The position numbers and the translations under genes were made by a program. Of a stretch of 64,000 bases of DNA, positions 50,413 to 59,938 are shown piece after piece (the first letter of the stretch is position 1; every line of letters begins with the position of its first letter). This DNA is from an uncultured bacterium (GTDB taxonomy: Bacteria; Zixibacteria; MSB-5A5; GN15; FEB-12): contig CBDVDR010000004.1 of assembly GCA_965372795.1 (NCBI GenBank), positions 161,449-225,448 on the forward strand, written 5' to 3'. The notes beneath the pieces were generated by a model, which made no database searches, was not told where the DNA came from, and saw only the letters and a program-made list of their open reading frames with translations.

Positions 50413-52662
50413 ATGATGTCAGACAAATTTAAAAATTGGATTTTCTACGGTTCTATATTTGGAGTGATTGCAGGAATTCTAACAGGTTATTATTTACCGG
50501 GATTTATTTTATCTATAGATTTTATCGGATCTTTATTTATCAATGCCCTTAAAACAATTATTCTACCATTAATAGTAACAAGCCTCGTAGTCGGCATAAC
50601 CGGACTTGGCGATCTAAAAAAACTCGGACGAACTTCGTCTTCTACTTTATTATATTTCTTCACCACCACTATAATAGCCGTATCAATCGGACTGGTATTG
50701 ATGATATTCATCAAGCCGGGACTTGGTGTTTCAAGCGCCGGAGCGTTTATACCGGATTTTTTGAGAGAATTCCGCGAATCAGGCTCACTTGATATCATTG
50801 ATAAAATTTTACCCTCAAATATCCCGCAGGCTGCTATGGGCGGAAATTATCTCGGGATAATATTTATCTCGATAATTTTCAGTATTGTTCTGACAACAAT
50901 GTCCCGTTCGGGGAAAATCGTTGTCGATTTTTTCAAAGCTATTAATGAATTGATTTATAAAATCATCAATATAATTCTGATTGTCGCACCGGTTGGTCTG
51001 TTTGTTTTAATCGGAACCAGTGTTGCCAGGAATGAACAGTCGATTTTCTTTATATTTGAAAAATTACTCCCGTTTTCGATTGTTCTAATGGGCGCATTTT
51101 TAATCCATGGTCTGATTGTTCTTCCGTTAATACTCAGGATTTTCGCAAAACAGTCGGTTGTATCAAATTTCACCCATCTTATTCCGGCTCTTTCAACAGC
51201 CTTCAGCACCAGTTCCTCCGCGGCTACTCTTTCGATAACCTGTGATCGTGTTATTAATCATAACAAAGTAGATTCCCGTGCCGGCTCGTTTGTGCTTCCG
51301 CTGGGTTCTATTATAAATGTTGATGCTACGGCGATGTATGCTTTGATGGCGGTTCTGTTTATTTCTCAAATGATCGGGATTGATCTCACCGCGGCTCAGA
51401 TCATGCTGATGGCTTTTGCCTCGATAGTCGTTTCGTTTGGGATATCCGGGATGCCGTTTGCGGCCATGTTTTTGTTGGTAATCTTGCTTGATCTGGGGAA
51501 TTTCCCACCTGATGCTTACGCAGCTATCGGGTTGTTATTTATCGTTGACTGGTTTTTTGATCGTGTCAGAGCCACTCTTAATGTCTGGAGTGATGCTATT
51601 GGGGCGGCGGTTGTCGGTGAAACCTTTGATTTTAAAACTGCCCGTCGGAGACCACGTACCGCCAGCAGTCGCACCGCAAAGCCGGATGACAAAAAATATT
51701 CAAGATCAACATCAAGCACTTACAAAAGAACTACAGTTCAAAAAAGTGATCGGTACGACTCTAAAAAAGACAGTAAGCCTGCTCGCAAATATAAGACCAA
51801 AGATAGCACTGAAATTCGAGGTCGTTCCAAAGTCAGTCCTGCCAAGGATGTTGTTAAAGAAACACGTTCACCTTTTGAAATTAAAGTTGATAGTAAAGAA
51901 ATATTTGAGACCGCTCCCAAAACTAAACCAGCGGCCAGAACAGTTTCTAAACCAAAACCAAAAATAATTCCAAAAGTGCCAAAACCACCAAAGACAATCC
52001 CGCAAAGAACCGAATTTAAAGAGACCAGACCTAAAACTTCGGCGACTGATAAAAAGAAAGAATTCCTTAAAAAAGATAAACCGTCTACTTCTACCCCGGT
52101 AAAATTTGAATTTCCAAAACCACCCAGCTCGCTGCCATATAGACTGCCAACTCCTCCGGCTCCCAAAGATGAGGCAATTGATACATTCACCTTGTCTCCC
52201 AAAAAAGTAGAAGAAGAATTATCAAAAGTAGCCGAGCGCTTAGCCGCTTTGGATAAAACAACTGATCCTAACGAGACAGAAAAAATCGAAGAAATAACCA
52301 ATCAGAGTGAGAGTATTGCCCCGGTTTTCGATAATAGTAAAGAAGCCGAAATCGACTTTATTTCAGAAGATACTATCGAAGAAGAACTTGAAGTAAAAGT
52401 CGAAGAGAAACCTGAGGTAAAGCCAAAAGCACAACCGAAAGAAATCAAAGCTGAAATCGCTCCTGAAAAGCCAGTTCAAGCGAAACTTGAGGGTCCTGAA
52501 TCAAAGAGTGAAATATCATTTGGAAGAAAATCCCGTAAGAAAACTCCAATAAAAGATGATAGTGCCGAAACCCCTGCCGAAGTTGCAGTTGAAGATAAAA
52601 AGCAAGATTTTGATGTTGAAAAACAGTCTTTCGGAAGAAGCAAACGAAAGAAATCACATTAA
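50413..52662 (+). CDS. Dicarboxylate/amino acid:cation symporter (DAACS) with a long low-complexity C-terminal tail
   Basis: AFSTSSSAATL, FVLPLG..IN.D, DWF.DR.RA..NV..D; about 340 aa K/P/E-rich tail. Confidence 0.88.
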   Translation: MMSDKFKNWIFYGSIFGVIAGILTGYYLPGFILSIDFIGSLFINALKTIILPLIVTSLVVGITGLGDLKKLGRTSSSTLLYFFTTTIIAVSIGLVLMIFIKPGLGVSSAGAFIPDFLREFRESGSLDIIDKILPSNIPQAAMGGNYLGIIFISIIFSIVLTTMSRSGKIVVDFFKAINELIYKIINIILIVAPVGLFVLIGTSVARNEQSIFFIFEKLLPFSIVLMGAFLIHGLIVLPLILRIFAKQSVVSNFTHLIPALSTAFSTSSSAATLSITCDRVINHNKVDSRAGSFVLPLGSIINVDATAMYALMAVLFISQMIGIDLTAAQIMLMAFASIVVSFGISGMPFAAMFLLVILLDLGNFPPDAYAAIGLLFIVDWFFDRVRATLNVWSDAIGAAVVGETFDFKTARRRPRTASSRTAKPDDKKYSRSTSSTYKRTTVQKSDRYDSKKDSKPARKYKTKDSTEIRGRSKVSPAKDVVKETRSPFEIKVDSKEIFETAPKTKPAARTVSKPKPKIIPKVPKPPKTIPQRTEFKETRPKTSATDKKKEFLKKDKPSTSTPVKFEFPKPPSSLPYRLPTPPAPKDEAIDTFTLSPKKVEEELSKVAERLAALDKTTDPNETEKIEEITNQSESIAPVFDNSKEAEIDFISEDTIEEELEVKVEEKPEVKPKAQPKEIKAEIAPEKPVQAKLEGPESKSEISFGRKSRKKTPIKDDSAETPAEVAVEDKKQDFDVEKQSFGRSKRKKSH

Positions 52663-52771
52663 TATTGAGCTTATATCGCAACTTTCTACCAAAATACTTA
52701 TATAAATTGGTAAAGAAACTATTTGACCTCGATATAGAATTTACTATAGATTTTATAAGAGGAAGGAATCG

Positions 52772-53641
52772 ATGAATAATTTTAAAGTATTTATGTTAAT
52801 GGTATTCATGATGTCTCTTTTTATGGGAGTCGGATACCTTTTTGGTGGCAGCAATGGTTTGATCTTAGCCTTTATTTTCGCAACCGGAATGAATTTTTTC
52901 AGTTATTGGTTCTCTGATAAAATTGTTTTAAAAATGTATCGCGCTAAGGAAATAACCGAAAGGGACCATCCGCGATTAATGCGGGTTGTTAGAAGAGTCA
53001 CTACGCAAGCGGATAATATGCCGATACCCAAAGTTTATATAACTCCAAGTAAAGCCCCTAATGCATTTGCAACCGGTAGGAATGTCGAACATGCTGCGGT
53101 TGCAGTCACCGAAGGCTTGCTTGAACTTCTAAATGAAGATGAACTTGAAGGCGTGATCGGACATGAAATAGCTCATATTCGTAATAAAGATATGTTAATC
53201 GGAACTATTGCCGCCTCATTCGCCGGTGCTATCGGAATCATTGCCATGATTGCCCGTTGGGGTGCAATTTTTGGCGGGTACGGAAGATCTAATGATAACC
53301 GCGGCGGTCTTGCAATAATCGTCACGGCAATTATCGCACCACTGGTAGCAATGATTATTCAGATGGCAATATCAAGACAGCGGGAATATCAGGCGGATAA
53401 AATTAGCGGTACAATCACCGGCAAACATCTGGCCTTAGCCTCTGCCTTAAAAAAACTACATCGTTCCCCGGTAAGAATGAATCTTGACCAGAAACCCGCA
53501 ACGGCTCATTTAATGATAGCTAATCCATTATCAGGCAAAGGAATGGCATCGATGTTTTCGACCCATCCCCCAGTAGAAAAACGGGTTGAACGGCTTGAAA
53601 AACTTGCCAAGGAATATATTTACAAAGGCTATGCAGGCTGA
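52772..53641 (+). CDS. htpX: Zinc metalloprotease HtpX
   Basis: PNAFATGR, HEIAH, ISRQREY.AD, FSTHPP. Confidence 0.95.
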   Translation: MNNFKVFMLMVFMMSLFMGVGYLFGGSNGLILAFIFATGMNFFSYWFSDKIVLKMYRAKEITERDHPRLMRVVRRVTTQADNMPIPKVYITPSKAPNAFATGRNVEHAAVAVTEGLLELLNEDELEGVIGHEIAHIRNKDMLIGTIAASFAGAIGIIAMIARWGAIFGGYGRSNDNRGGLAIIVTAIIAPLVAMIIQMAISRQREYQADKISGTITGKHLALASALKKLHRSPVRMNLDQKPATAHLMIANPLSGKGMASMFSTHPPVEKRVERLEKLAKEYIYKGYAG

Positions 53642-53700
53642 TGAATAACGACGACCCCTTCCCTTTATCCAGTTATATTTTAATCGTGGAGCCAATGTAA

Positions 53701-55014
53701 ATGGAATCACGTTTAATTCTGGAACTACTGGCTATCATGGTATTAATATTAGCTAATGGTTTTTTTGCTTTATCAGAATTTTCAATCATTGCCAGTCGCA
53801 AAAGTAAACTTCGTCAGGATGTCGAAGATAAAAAGCCGGGCGCAGCTATTGCAGAGAAACTTTATAATAAACCGGATAAATTTTTAGCCTCAATCCAAAT
53901 CGGGATCACTCTGTTTGGAACCTTAGCCGGTGTCTTTGGCGGTGCAACTTTGGTCAAACAACTTGAGGAATGGCTGAATAATGTACCGATAGATTTCATT
54001 TCATCAACCTCGGGTACAATCGCGGTTGCTATCGTCGCAATAACAATAACAATTGTAGCGGTTCTGTTTGGTGAACTGGTCCCCAAATTTTTAGCTCTTT
54101 CCCAACCGGAAAAATTTGCGCGTCATGTTGCTCGCCCCGTTAATATATTTGTTATTATAACATCAATATTTGCAACTGCTCTTAGTAGTTCCGCTAATTT
54201 TATAGTCAGATTATTTGGTGTTAAGCATGAAAAATCGCGAAGCCCAATCACCGAAGAAGAAATCAATATGATGATTTTCGAAGGGCGTCAAAAGGGAGTG
54301 TTTGATGCTACCGAAGAAAAGTTAATTAAATCAGTATTTGATTTTGCCGACTCAACCGTTAAAAGGGCTATGACACCCCGGACCGATGTGATTGGCGTGG
54401 AGTTAACAACCAGCGTTGATAAAATCATCAATTTGATAATAGAACATGGCTACAGCCGTTACCCGGTGTATGAAAAAGATCTGGATAATATCATCGGGAT
54501 ATTATATGTCAAAGATATCATTGTGCAAAAACTTAATCCCGAACTGATTATTGTAAAAGACCTCTGCCATACTGCAACCTTTGTACCTGATTCGATGCCG
54601 CTATCAAAATTATTGAATGAACTGCAGCTCACTAAAAAACATATGGCTATTGTTCTCGATGAATTTGGCGGAACTGCCGGAATTATCACTTTTGAGGATA
54701 TTATTGAAGAACTTGTTGGTGAAATTCGTGACGAATATGATTTTGAAAGCGAACCATTAACTAAGCATTCAGAGAATGTCGCCTATGCTGAAGCATCAGT
54801 CTGGCCCGGGGCAGTCAACGAACTTATCAATTGTAATCTTCCCGAAGACGATGTTGACACTCTGGCAAAACTTTTTATTGATACTTTAGGGAAATTACCT
54901 GAGAATGATGATACCATAGTTGTTGCTGATGTAAAAATGACTGCTCTGCAGATAGAAAATAACAGGATTCTCAAAATTAAAATTGAAAAAATTGAAAACA
55001 TTTCAAATGAATAA
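53701..55014 (+). CDS. Hemolysin/CNNM-family protein (CNNM-CBS-CorC)
   Basis: ANGFFALSEFS, QIGIT, GELVPK, MTPR, SRYPVY, DEFGGTAG..T.EDI.EE.VGEI.DE. Confidence 0.92.
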   Translation: MESRLILELLAIMVLILANGFFALSEFSIIASRKSKLRQDVEDKKPGAAIAEKLYNKPDKFLASIQIGITLFGTLAGVFGGATLVKQLEEWLNNVPIDFISSTSGTIAVAIVAITITIVAVLFGELVPKFLALSQPEKFARHVARPVNIFVIITSIFATALSSSANFIVRLFGVKHEKSRSPITEEEINMMIFEGRQKGVFDATEEKLIKSVFDFADSTVKRAMTPRTDVIGVELTTSVDKIINLIIEHGYSRYPVYEKDLDNIIGILYVKDIIVQKLNPELIIVKDLCHTATFVPDSMPLSKLLNELQLTKKHMAIVLDEFGGTAGIITFEDIIEELVGEIRDEYDFESEPLTKHSENVAYAEASVWPGAVNELINCNLPEDDVDTLAKLFIDTLGKLPENDDTIVVADVKMTALQIENNRILKIKIEKIENISNE

Positions 55015-55020
55015 AGTTCA

Positions 55021-55686
55021 ATGATAAAATTTTTAATGAAACCATTAGAATGGTCGCGTTCACTCTATGATTGGGTACTTAACTGGGGAGCCTCCAAATA
55101 CGCTTTGACGGCGTTGTTTATTTTAGCCTTGGCAGAAGCTTCCTTTTTCCCAATTCCCCCTGATGCTTTATTAATAGCTCTTTGTATGGGTGCTTATAGA
55201 CGCTGGGCGAAATTTGCCACTATCTGTTCGGTTGGATCAGTGATTGGCGGTATTATCGGATATTTTATCGGACTTTTTGCTTTTGAATTGATTGGCGAAA
55301 AAATGCTCGCTTTGACGGCTGCTATTGCCGGTACCAGTCCCGAAGAATTTCTTTCGCTAGCCCAATACTGGTTTAATGAAAAAGAGATTTCCGGGATGAA
55401 AGTAGGTCCCTGGGCAGTTGGCATAGCAGGCTTTACCCCCATCCCTTATAAAGTATTCACAATTTCTGCCGGATTTTTCAAAATGAATTTCGCACCCTTT
55501 GTAATCGCATCGGTCATAAGTCGTTCTCTGCGGTTTTTTCTTGTAGCCGGATTGATAGGTCTTCTCTACAAAAAGTACGGTAACAAAATCCAGGAATTTA
55601 TCGATAAATATTTTAACTGGCTTGCATTAGGCTTCGTAGTTCTATTAGTTCTTGGTTTTATGTCTATTAAGTTGATGAAAGGCTAA
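55021..55686 (+). CDS. DedA/YqaA family membrane protein
   Basis: EASFFPIPPD, GSVIGG..GY.IG, FTPIPYKVFTI.AG. Confidence 0.9.
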   Translation: MIKFLMKPLEWSRSLYDWVLNWGASKYALTALFILALAEASFFPIPPDALLIALCMGAYRRWAKFATICSVGSVIGGIIGYFIGLFAFELIGEKMLALTAAIAGTSPEEFLSLAQYWFNEKEISGMKVGPWAVGIAGFTPIPYKVFTISAGFFKMNFAPFVIASVISRSLRFFLVAGLIGLLYKKYGNKIQEFIDKYFNWLALGFVVLLVLGFMSIKLMKG

Positions 55687-55721
55687 CTGTTTAAAAACCA
55701 GCACCGGTTAAGATTTTAAAT

Positions 55722-56657
55722 ATGGCACACGTTCACTCACATGATTCAGTTTCCGGGAAAAAACTGCTCTGGACAATTTTATTTAATTTAATCATAACGG
55801 TGGCTGAATTTATCGGTGGAATTCTAACCGGTTATTTGGCTCTTTTAGCTGATGCAGTTCATAATCTTTCCGACGTGGCAGCCTTGGGTCTTGCCTGGTT
55901 AGGCGTAAAAGGTTCCGAAATCCCCGCTACAAAAAAATCGACTTATGGTTACAAACGAATTGAAGTTATTACTGCTTTTATATCAGCGGTTTCCTTAGTT
56001 GTCATTGCGATTTTTATTTTAATGGAAGCCTATAACCGGTTAATCAATCCTCAGCCGATTGTTAATCCGGTATTGTTTTTAACTGTGGCTGTAATCGGAT
56101 TAATTGGGAATATCCTCTCAATCTGGTTTCTTCATTCGGAAAAAGGTAAATCACTGAATATGAAAACCGCCTTTCTCCATATGGCTTATGATGCTATATC
56201 CTCGGTGGTCGTCATTATCGGTGGTATCGTTATCATCATAACCGGCTGGTTGATTATTGATATTATTTTATCATCTGTCATCGCCTTGATGATTTTCTGG
56301 TCTTCATATTTGGTAATTAAAGAAGCTGTTATAATTTTCATGGAAGCAGTTCCTGAGGGAATAAGCTTTGATGCTGTCTACAAAGAGATGCTCAGCACAG
56401 ATAATGTTGTTGATGTTCATGATTTACATATCTGGTCGCTTTCATCAAAAGACATTGCTCTTTCCAGTCATATCTGTCTTGACGAAACCAATTTTCAAAA
56501 CGGACCAGAAATAGTTTTAAAATTAAATACAATGTTGAAAGATAAGTTTCATATTGGCCATAGCACAATTCAGATCGAAAAAACCCGTTGTGTAAATTCT
56601 GAAGCCTTATGCAGCCATCCTCACGAACCAATAGAAGAAAGAACCCATGACAGATAA
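55722..56657 (+). CDS. Cation diffusion facilitator (CzcD/ZitB-like)
   Basis: LALLADAVHNLSD, TYGYKR.E, AFLH..D, HDLHIWS, HSTIQIE. Confidence 0.92.
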   Translation: MAHVHSHDSVSGKKLLWTILFNLIITVAEFIGGILTGYLALLADAVHNLSDVAALGLAWLGVKGSEIPATKKSTYGYKRIEVITAFISAVSLVVIAIFILMEAYNRLINPQPIVNPVLFLTVAVIGLIGNILSIWFLHSEKGKSLNMKTAFLHMAYDAISSVVVIIGGIVIIITGWLIIDIILSSVIALMIFWSSYLVIKEAVIIFMEAVPEGISFDAVYKEMLSTDNVVDVHDLHIWSLSSKDIALSSHICLDETNFQNGPEIVLKLNTMLKDKFHIGHSTIQIEKTRCVNSEALCSHPHEPIEERTHDR

Positions 56658-58002
56658 ATTAGTTGAATTAGAAATAACTGATCTGGCTTTTGATGGTAAG
56701 TCGGTAGCGCACCTTGATGGTAAAGTAATATTCCTCAAAGGCGGACTTCCCGGAGAAACCGTTTTAGCAGAAATTACTAGAACTAAGCCACGTTACAATG
56801 AAGGCATTGTTAGAGAGATAACAAAAAAATGTGAACATAGAATTGATGCTATTTGTACTCATTTTGATTATTGCGGCGGCTGTACCTGGCAGGACCTTCA
56901 ATACCAGAGCCAGCTTGATTTCAAAAAGAAACAGGTAATTGATTGTGTAGAACGAATTGCAAGACTTGAAGGCGTGACAGTTCCTGATGTGATCGGTTCA
57001 ATTGAGTTATTTAATTATCGAAACAAAATGGAATATTCTTTTAATATTGATGAAGAGCATGGTTTTACTCTCGGGCTTCATGAACGGGGGCATTTCGACC
57101 GGGTTTTCAATGTTGACAGATGTTACCTTCAGTCAGAAGTCTCCAGTAAAATTGTTGGCTGGTTAAGGGATTTTGTTAAACGTGAAGAAATCCCGGTTTA
57201 TGATGTCATGAATCATGGCGGATACATGCGATTTCTGGTAATCAGGCAATCAAAACGAACTGCTAATCTGATGGTTAATATTGTCACTAATTATGGGGAT
57301 TTTCCGGTTCGTGAAAAACTGATTAAAGAGATGACAACTGAATTTCCAGAAATAACTACCATTATACATTGCCAGAATGGTCAAAAATCAAATATCGCTA
57401 TCGGCGAGATTGAGAAAATTTTATACGGTACGGGATTTATTGAAGAACGGTTATTTAACAGCACCTTCAGAATTCGTCCTAATTCTTTTTTCCAGACTAA
57501 TTCGGTTCAAACCGAAACCCTTTATCGCACCGCTTTTGAGATGTTGAATCCGGTTAAAACTGATAAAGTCATGGATCTGTACTGCGGAACCGGTTCAATC
57601 GGTATTTTGATTGCCGGTTATGTTTCGGAAGTTATAGGGGTTGAACTGGTCGCCGAGTCAATTGAGGCTGCGAATATTAATGCGGAAAAAAATCACGTTG
57701 AAAATATCAAATTTTTTGAGGGTAATGTCAAAGATTACCTTCGCACCGAACATAATACTATTAATGAATTTAATATTATAATTTTGGATCCCCCTCGTGC
57801 CGGGCTTCACCCCAAAGCCTTAAAACGGGTTATGGAACTAAAACCTGAGAAAATTTTATATATTTCCTGTAATCCGGCTACTTTTGCTCGTGATGCGAAA
57901 GCCCTTGTCGAGCAAGGATATAGACTTCCGGTCGTTCAGCCAGTTGATATGTTCCCTCACACAATGCATATCGAGTTAGTCTCCGTATTTTACAGAGAGT
58001 AA
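56647..58002 (+). CDS. rlmD: 23S rRNA (uracil1939-C5)-methyltransferase
   Basis: TRAM domain, C.HF..CGGC, YRNK, SFFQ.N, DLYCG.G, DPPRAG, YISCNP.T.ARD, DMFPHT.H.E. Confidence 0.93.
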   Translation: MTDKLVELEITDLAFDGKSVAHLDGKVIFLKGGLPGETVLAEITRTKPRYNEGIVREITKKCEHRIDAICTHFDYCGGCTWQDLQYQSQLDFKKKQVIDCVERIARLEGVTVPDVIGSIELFNYRNKMEYSFNIDEEHGFTLGLHERGHFDRVFNVDRCYLQSEVSSKIVGWLRDFVKREEIPVYDVMNHGGYMRFLVIRQSKRTANLMVNIVTNYGDFPVREKLIKEMTTEFPEITTIIHCQNGQKSNIAIGEIEKILYGTGFIEERLFNSTFRIRPNSFFQTNSVQTETLYRTAFEMLNPVKTDKVMDLYCGTGSIGILIAGYVSEVIGVELVAESIEAANINAEKNHVENIKFFEGNVKDYLRTEHNTINEFNIIILDPPRAGLHPKALKRVMELKPEKILYISCNPATFARDAKALVEQGYRLPVVQPVDMFPHTMHIELVSVFYRE

Positions 58003-58066
58003 CAGTTCTTGCAATTACTGCCGATATATTATAAATTGATGGCTAATTTTTTAGGAGGTTAGAAAT

Positions 58067-59779
58067 TTGCGTTTTAAACAGATTATTATTTTTACAACTT
58101 TATTGCTGCTGCTGATATCGGTTAATTCTTTCGCAGCCAAAAAGAAACAAACATTCGATAAACTCTGCGTGGAGATTCTCGAATCGATCCAATCATTCTA
58201 CCCGGTTAAATCAACAGAAATGGGTATTCATGCCTACGACCATCGCTTGACTGATTATTCTTCCTCTTCAGTTAAAACTATGAATAAGGCTTTAAAAAAT
58301 TATACACAAAAATTGTATAAATACAAAAATACGAAATTAACTCCTCATCAGAGAATAAATTATAAGCTTGTTAAAGCTGATCTTGAGACAACCTTATTAA
58401 ATTTAAAAAATATTGCATGGCACAAACGCTCGCCTCAACTTTATATTGATGAAGCGGTCAATGGTTTGTATTTCCTGATGTTATCACCGCATGCTCCGCT
58501 GAATGAAAAAATTGTCCCAATCATGAGCCGGATAAAAGCGGTGCCACAATTGTTTGCAACGGCTCGTAAGAATATTAAAAAACCACCAAAGGTTTACATT
58601 GATGGCGCCCTTGAGGCGCTTGAATCGGGGAGTGATTTTTATAAAGTTGTTTCTGCCGAACTGATGAAGTTTTCTCCGGAACGGGCGGATAGAATTTCCA
58701 AAATTGCCACTCAGGCGCGAGAGGCAATGAATGATTTTGCAATCTATTTGACCGAATTAACCCCCGGCGATCCAAAATCAATTGCGATTGGTAAAGTAGA
58801 TTTTGATTATTTATTAAACCATAATTATTTACTCAGTTATGACAGTGATTCATTATTGAAAATCGGTGAGAAGCTGCTAAGCGAGGTTCAGGCTGAATAT
58901 GTAAAATATGAAAAGTATGTTGAGGATAATCATCAGAACGGAAGCGACTCGGTTTATATTCCGGAAGTTTTTACAAAAGATGATATTCTGAATTATTATA
59001 ATTGGGAAACCGGCCAGATCAAATTTTTCCTAAAAGCTAATAACATTATCAGTATCCCTGAAAATATTGCTGATGTATCCGTGGTTGAGACTCCGTATTT
59101 TCTGCAGACAATGATTAGCAGTATTGCTTATCACCCGGGGGCGCCATTTGATACCGTTCAGCATGGTTATTTTTATGTAAGACCGATCCCTGATGATCTC
59201 GACCGCAGGCAGCTTGAAGCTCGCTATCGGTATGTTCATCGACGCGGATTCAAAGGCTCGGTTATTCATGAAGCTTTCCCGGGGCATCATTTACAAATGC
59301 AGATTGCCGGGTTAAACAAAGATCCGGTTCGCAAATGGCATATGGATAATATGATGATTGAAGGCTGGGCGTTGTACTCTGAAGAAATGATGTATGAAAA
59401 TGGGATATATGGTCAAGAGGATCCGGCTCGATGGTTAAGTGTGCTGGGCGGGGTACGGTTCCGGGCGGCAAGAATCGTGGCTGATGTGAAACTTCATACC
59501 GGACAGTTTTCAGCCGAAGAATGTGTCGAATGGATGGCGAATGAACTTAATATTACTACCGAATCAGGTAAAGAATTTTTGAATAAAGAAGTTTATCGCT
59601 ATACGATCACGCCTACTTATCAGATGGCTTATCTAATGGGGAAAGTTGAGATTATGAAACTCCGTGAGGCTATGCAGAAACGGGATGGTGCTAATTTCAA
59701 TTTGATGAATTTCCACGATGCGTTACTTGCCGAAGGTTCAATACCACCGGTATTGATGTGGGATGTGTTAGGGTTGTAA
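58067..59779 (+). CDS. DUF885 family secreted metallopeptidase-like protein
   Basis: Signal peptide; HEAFPGHHLQ, EGWALYSE, R.V.DV.LH, Y.MG, FHD.LL..G. Confidence 0.9.
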   Translation: MRFKQIIIFTTLLLLLISVNSFAAKKKQTFDKLCVEILESIQSFYPVKSTEMGIHAYDHRLTDYSSSSVKTMNKALKNYTQKLYKYKNTKLTPHQRINYKLVKADLETTLLNLKNIAWHKRSPQLYIDEAVNGLYFLMLSPHAPLNEKIVPIMSRIKAVPQLFATARKNIKKPPKVYIDGALEALESGSDFYKVVSAELMKFSPERADRISKIATQAREAMNDFAIYLTELTPGDPKSIAIGKVDFDYLLNHNYLLSYDSDSLLKIGEKLLSEVQAEYVKYEKYVEDNHQNGSDSVYIPEVFTKDDILNYYNWETGQIKFFLKANNIISIPENIADVSVVETPYFLQTMISSIAYHPGAPFDTVQHGYFYVRPIPDDLDRRQLEARYRYVHRRGFKGSVIHEAFPGHHLQMQIAGLNKDPVRKWHMDNMMIEGWALYSEEMMYENGIYGQEDPARWLSVLGGVRFRAARIVADVKLHTGQFSAEECVEWMANELNITTESGKEFLNKEVYRYTITPTYQMAYLMGKVEIMKLREAMQKRDGANFNLMNFHDALLAEGSIPPVLMWDVLGL

Positions 59780-59803
59780 GGAATAAATAAATATATAGAT
59801 TTT

Positions 59804-59834
59804 AAAAGGCGGGTCTGATGGCTCGCCTTTTTTT
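59804..59834 (+). terminator. Intrinsic terminator
   Basis: aaaaggcgggtc-tgat-ggctcgccttttttt. Confidence 0.85.
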
Positions 59835-59938
59835 GTGGTTATTGCTTTTCACATTCAGTTGTGGACAATTTATTCATAGTTTGACAATGGGACAGATAAC
59901 TCTTATATATTAATAAACAGGACACCAATTTATTAATT

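Noticed and set aside
59834..59878. Cluster of DnaA-box-like 9-mers (tgtggacaa, ttattcata, tgtggttat)
   Set aside because: All are mismatched, the intergenic region is short, and there is no dnaA/dnaN context; likely chance in AT-rich DNA.
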